64,000 bases of DNA. It comes from an uncultured Candidatus Saccharibacteria bacterium. Its GTDB lineage: Bacteria; Patescibacteriota; Saccharimonadia; Saccharimonadales; 2-12-FULL-41-12. Where the stretch lies: positions 22,164 to 86,163 of the forward strand of contig CAZYMH010000003.1 in NCBI GenBank assembly GCA_964648105.1. Direction: 5' to 3'. The translations under genes were made by a program, and so were the position numbers. The notes beneath the pieces are model-generated. The model was not told where the DNA came from and did not search any database. It worked only from the letters and a program-made list of their open reading frames with translations. Below are positions 60,826 through 64,000 of the stretch, piece after piece (positions within the stretch are counted from its first letter, which is position 1; each line of letters opens with the position of its first letter).

Positions 60826-61497
60826 TTACGGACTAAATGAGAAGTTTGGCAATATTATATTTTCAAAATCGTTAATATATTGAGTATTTTGGCAAGCAAT
60901 TGTAATTGTTTTGTCGCGGAGTGGCAAGACAACTATGGAGCCTTTGATGCCATTTTCGTATTCTCCGTCGACTCTTGTACCGAGAACTTTTGGCAACTTG
61001 GCTAACCGATAGGCAGAAGCCTTAACTTTTCCGTTTTTAACTAATCCTTCGTATTTTTTTATATTACTATCATACGGTGTATTAATAATTTCAACATTTA
61101 GAGCATAGGTAGCTTTAGGATCGCCCGATACTAAATCGGGATTCATGGACAAATCTAGCGTATCGTCAGTTGATTTTGTGTAACCGCTCCAAGTTTTTGG
61201 ATACATAAAATTAATATCGCCCAAAATCGCCGATGAACGATATTCTTTCAAGGGATTTTTCTCTTTTTCGGTAAATTCATTATCTTTTTGGCTAGCAATC
61301 TTTTTTTCGGCAACATCAACTGCGGCGGCTATCTTTGAATCGACATTATTTTTGTAATCTTGCTTGCCCATATATGCCCAAACACCAAATCCAGTTGCTC
61401 CCAAAAACAGCACCACCACTAATACTAGTGATATCACCAAAGCATTAAGTGACCCAATCTCACTAGTGAGAAATATCTTATTTTTGCCACCGTTCAT
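60826..61497 (-). CDS. hypothetical membrane-anchored protein
   Basis: N-terminal TM and an extracytoplasmic domain of unknown fold. Confidence 0.35.
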   Translation of the reverse strand: MNGGKNKIFLTSEIGSLNALVISLVLVVVLFLGATGFGVWAYMGKQDYKNNVDSKIAAAVDVAEKKIASQKDNEFTEKEKNPLKEYRSSAILGDINFMYPKTWSGYTKSTDDTLDLSMNPDLVSGDPKATYALNVEIINTPYDSNIKKYEGLVKNGKVKASAYRLAKLPKVLGTRVDGEYENGIKGSIVVLPLRDKTITIACQNTQYINDFENIILPNFSFSP

Positions 61498-61544
61498 AAA
61501 GCTAATGTTAATCTAAAAACTGCCAATAGTCAAACTTTAAATAA

Positions 61545-62024
61545 TCAATATTGATATACAAATATGGCGTTTTTTTCATAGCTAGCTTTTTTATTTGGTA
61601 TCTTAAATGCATAACTAGCCAGTTTAGTTCCAGATTTTAATTCGTGAGTTAATTTGTTGTCCAGCTTTTCCATATATTTATCGAGTAAAAATACATATAC
61701 CCCATCGGCGTTAGATAAATCTTGGTTCCAAAAATTTGCTAATCTAACAGATACATTTTTGTATTTATAGGTACGAATTTTGGCAATAAGAAAAATAATT
61801 GGATTCATTTCCCAGCCAACACAAATGTAACCTCTTTTTGCAGCTTGTATCAACACTTTTCCGTCGCCACAACCTAGCTCATAAAATCGATCGCCCGATT
61901 TAAGGTCTAATAAATCAATAGCAGTTTCAGCTGACTGTTTATGAGTTGGTAAATATGGAGCCCCAAAAAGCAATACAAAACCAAAACACATTATAATTAC
62001 AAATATAACAATTAATAAGATCAT
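61545..62024 (-). CDS. class I SAM-dependent methyltransferase
   Basis: motif I FYELGCGDGKVL, 159 aa. Confidence 0.6.
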   Translation of the reverse strand: MILLIVIFVIIMCFGFVLLFGAPYLPTHKQSAETAIDLLDLKSGDRFYELGCGDGKVLIQAAKRGYICVGWEMNPIIFLIAKIRTYKYKNVSVRLANFWNQDLSNADGVYVFLLDKYMEKLDNKLTHELKSGTKLASYAFKIPNKKASYEKNAIFVYQY

Positions 62025-62039
62025 CGATTTTTGCTTAGA

Positions 62040-62207
62040 TTATTCAGTAATTTTGTTCTCAACATCAACTAAATATTGCTCCAATTTAGCAATCAGTTTT
62101 TTGGCTTTTTCATGAAGAATAAGCACTTCGTCGATTGCAATGTCATCAGTCTCTAACTGACTAACAACATCATCAAGTTGGTTTTTCAGTTCGCGGTATT
62201 TACTCAT
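62040..62207 (-). CDS. xseB: exodeoxyribonuclease VII small subunit
   Basis: 55-aa ORF (MSKYRELKNQLDDVVSQLETDDIAIDEVLILHEKAKKLIAKLEQYLVDVENKITE) missed by the >=60-aa track; 4-bp overlap with xseA. Confidence 0.7.
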   Translation of the reverse strand: MSKYRELKNQLDDVVSQLETDDIAIDEVLILHEKAKKLIAKLEQYLVDVENKITE

Positions 62208-63319
62208 TGTTTCACCTTAATTTTACCATCTTTAAATATTAATTTTAATTCATGATGCCCTATGGCGACTTTAGCAGATGCTATATAGTTCCCTGAACTA
62301 TCTTGTACTAAAGCATAGCCTTTTTCTAGTAATTTTTGAGGGTCAGTTAGCTTCAGTATCTGTTTGCAACTATTTATTAGGTGTCTATCGTTAGCGATTA
62401 ATCTTTCGAATTTTTTATTGAATTTCGATTTTATCTCTTTAAACTGATCTTTTTGAGCCTGAACACGCACATTGAGTATATAATCAATTGATTTTTTGTA
62501 TTTTTGTAGTTCACTAAGTTCGCTTTGCCTATCTGGTACTAAGATTTCAGCTGCATTGCTAGGCGTACTGGCCCGCTTATCAGCCACTAATTCACTCAAA
62601 ACTACATCACGCTCATGACCAATCGCTACCAGAGTTGGAACTCTGGAAGTAGCAATTGCTCTTACAACTTGTTCATGATCAAATGCCACCAAATCATCGC
62701 GACTTCCCCCGCCCCGTAAAATGACAATAGCTTCTAGACGGGCTGCGTTATTAGCCGCAACAATTGCCGAAATTATTTTTTCTGGGGCATCTCGACCCTG
62801 AACTAATGTATCAAACACTTCGATGCCAAGCTTAGGCCAACGATTGTTAATAATTTTTATAAAATCTTCATAACCTGCTGATTCTTTGGATGTAATTAAG
62901 CCAATTTTAGTGGGAGGATAGTCGATTGGACGTTTACGTTCACTCGAGAATAAGCCTTCTTTTGCCAATTTTTGTTCGAGTAACTTATAGGCTTTATTTA
63001 TCGAGCCTTGACCACTAACTTTTATATTAGTGATGTTTATGCTAAAACCAAATTGTGGATGTAAATAAGGTTTTCCAGTAACTTCTAGAACCAGTCCGTC
63101 TTCGAGTGGTCCAGGCAACAAGCGAACTGTACCAAAACACTTTAAATTAGCTTGTTCGTCTTTAAGATCAAAAAATAACCAAATATTTTTACTGACTTTA
63201 AAATTTGATAGTTCGCCAACTATTACCACTTCAGGATAAGCATAATCAATTGTTTGATTAAAAATAGCCACAAAATCAGATACAGAAAATATCGGTTTGG
63301 GCGACAAACTTTTATACAT
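62204..63319 (-). CDS. xseA: exodeoxyribonuclease VII large subunit
   Basis: N-terminal OB-fold (VIVGELSNFK), central catalytic region with QGRDA motif; start trimmed to Met at 63319. Confidence 0.8.
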   Translation of the reverse strand: MYKSLSPKPIFSVSDFVAIFNQTIDYAYPEVVIVGELSNFKVSKNIWLFFDLKDEQANLKCFGTVRLLPGPLEDGLVLEVTGKPYLHPQFGFSINITNIKVSGQGSINKAYKLLEQKLAKEGLFSSERKRPIDYPPTKIGLITSKESAGYEDFIKIINNRWPKLGIEVFDTLVQGRDAPEKIISAIVAANNAARLEAIVILRGGGSRDDLVAFDHEQVVRAIATSRVPTLVAIGHERDVVLSELVADKRASTPSNAAEILVPDRQSELSELQKYKKSIDYILNVRVQAQKDQFKEIKSKFNKKFERLIANDRHLINSCKQILKLTDPQKLLEKGYALVQDSSGNYIASAKVAIGHHELKLIFKDGKIKVKQ

Positions 63320-63971
63320 CAATTTTTTTAATTGCTTTTTGATAGTAGTAATAGCCAATTGGCAACTGAATCGCCATGCTGAGTATTCGGTACATAATTG
63401 TTGCTGGTGCGGCAATCGACAATGGTACGCCAGACGCCGCCAAAACTGCCGTCATTAATGCTTCGTAGACACCGATACCTCCTGGCAAAATTGATATCAA
63501 ACCAGCAAAATTTGCCACCGCGTAAGCAAGTATTACAGCCCCAAAATTTACTGGCTGACCAAACGCAACATAGACTGTGTAAACAGTTAATACCTCTGTT
63601 AAATTCGCAAAAAACGCATATATAAACGGTTTTTTTAAATCATTAATTTTTTTAACTAAAATCAAATAATCCTCATGTAGTTCCAAAAATAACTTTTGGA
63701 CTCCCTCGATATTAATTGTTTCTGGATGGTTCGGCCTGACCCAATGCAAAAGTGTATTAAGAAATTTAGCTAAGCCAACCGTAAATTTATCAATCCGTCG
63801 TTTATCGCCGACAATATAGGCTGCTAAAGCTGTTCCTACAGCCAAGAATGTTCCGAGCGAACTAGCAACCAAAATTGTAAAATTATTTGCCTTACCACTA
63901 GATGCTAAAATTAAAACTCCGATTAATAGAAGTATTTGAAACGACAAAAATATCATCACAAATCGCATCAT
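63312..63971 (-). CDS. LPG-synthase-TM/UPF0104-like flippase-type membrane protein
   Basis: 6-8 TM helices with GxxxG packing motifs typical of the MprF N-terminal flippase family. Confidence 0.4.
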   Translation of the reverse strand: MMRFVMIFLSFQILLLIGVLILASSGKANNFTILVASSLGTFLAVGTALAAYIVGDKRRIDKFTVGLAKFLNTLLHWVRPNHPETINIEGVQKLFLELHEDYLILVKKINDLKKPFIYAFFANLTEVLTVYTVYVAFGQPVNFGAVILAYAVANFAGLISILPGGIGVYEALMTAVLAASGVPLSIAAPATIMYRILSMAIQLPIGYYYYQKAIKKIDV

Positions 63972-64000
63972 TTGAACTAGCGTTGACTTACTTATGGCTA

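Noticed and set aside
1-64000. CRISPR arrays, IS elements, integrases and prophage genes
   Set aside because: No regularly spaced direct repeats, transposase, integrase or phage structural genes were seen anywhere in the window.

Overview
The window is 64 kb of AT-rich (about 37% GC) chromosome. Coding density is very high and there is no prophage, IS element or CRISPR. The gene content looks like a reduced-genome Patescibacteria/CPR bacterium of the Saccharibacteria type: a sortase, DUF3048 and PEGA proteins, many lysine-rich protein tails, and receiver-only response regulators. All of the following are called from the sequence alone.

Features supported:
- Four two-component pairs, every one with a stand-alone receiver as partner.
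- Two Crp/Fnr-like regulators flanking lipid/envelope genes (MprF-like DUF2156 protein, RND exporter, MacB-type ABC pair).
- rlmH, pyrH, xth, gltX, der, pth, dprA, topA, glyQS, recO, xseAB.
- A minus-strand glycosylation cluster (CE4 deacetylase, HAD-like, two GT2 enzymes, P-loop kinase).
- A compact mraZ-rsmH-ftsL-ftsI-ftsW-murG-ftsQ block with no Mur ligases, mraY, ftsA or ftsZ.
- A GH1 beta-glucosidase and a YpfJ-type Zn peptidase.
- Three tRNAs read directly from the sequence: Ser-GGA (+), Leu-CAA (-), Glu-CTC (-).

Things worth a second look:
- An unassigned acidic 335-aa protein translationally coupled to a PIF1/RecD-type helicase, next to an Excalibur membrane protein and a 307-aa unknown, wedged between glyQS-recO and the GH1 gene.
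- A roughly 390-nt GC-rich structured intergenic element ending in an intrinsic terminator on the minus strand.
- A tRNA-Glu flanked by an inverted degenerate copy of its own 3' half plus a cluster of hairpins.
- A degenerate kinase-like/pseudo-receiver pair next to recO.
- A response regulator with a 280-aa disordered tail.
- Two perfect DnaA boxes upstream of mraZ.
- A 17-bp perfect inverted repeat between rsmH and ftsL.
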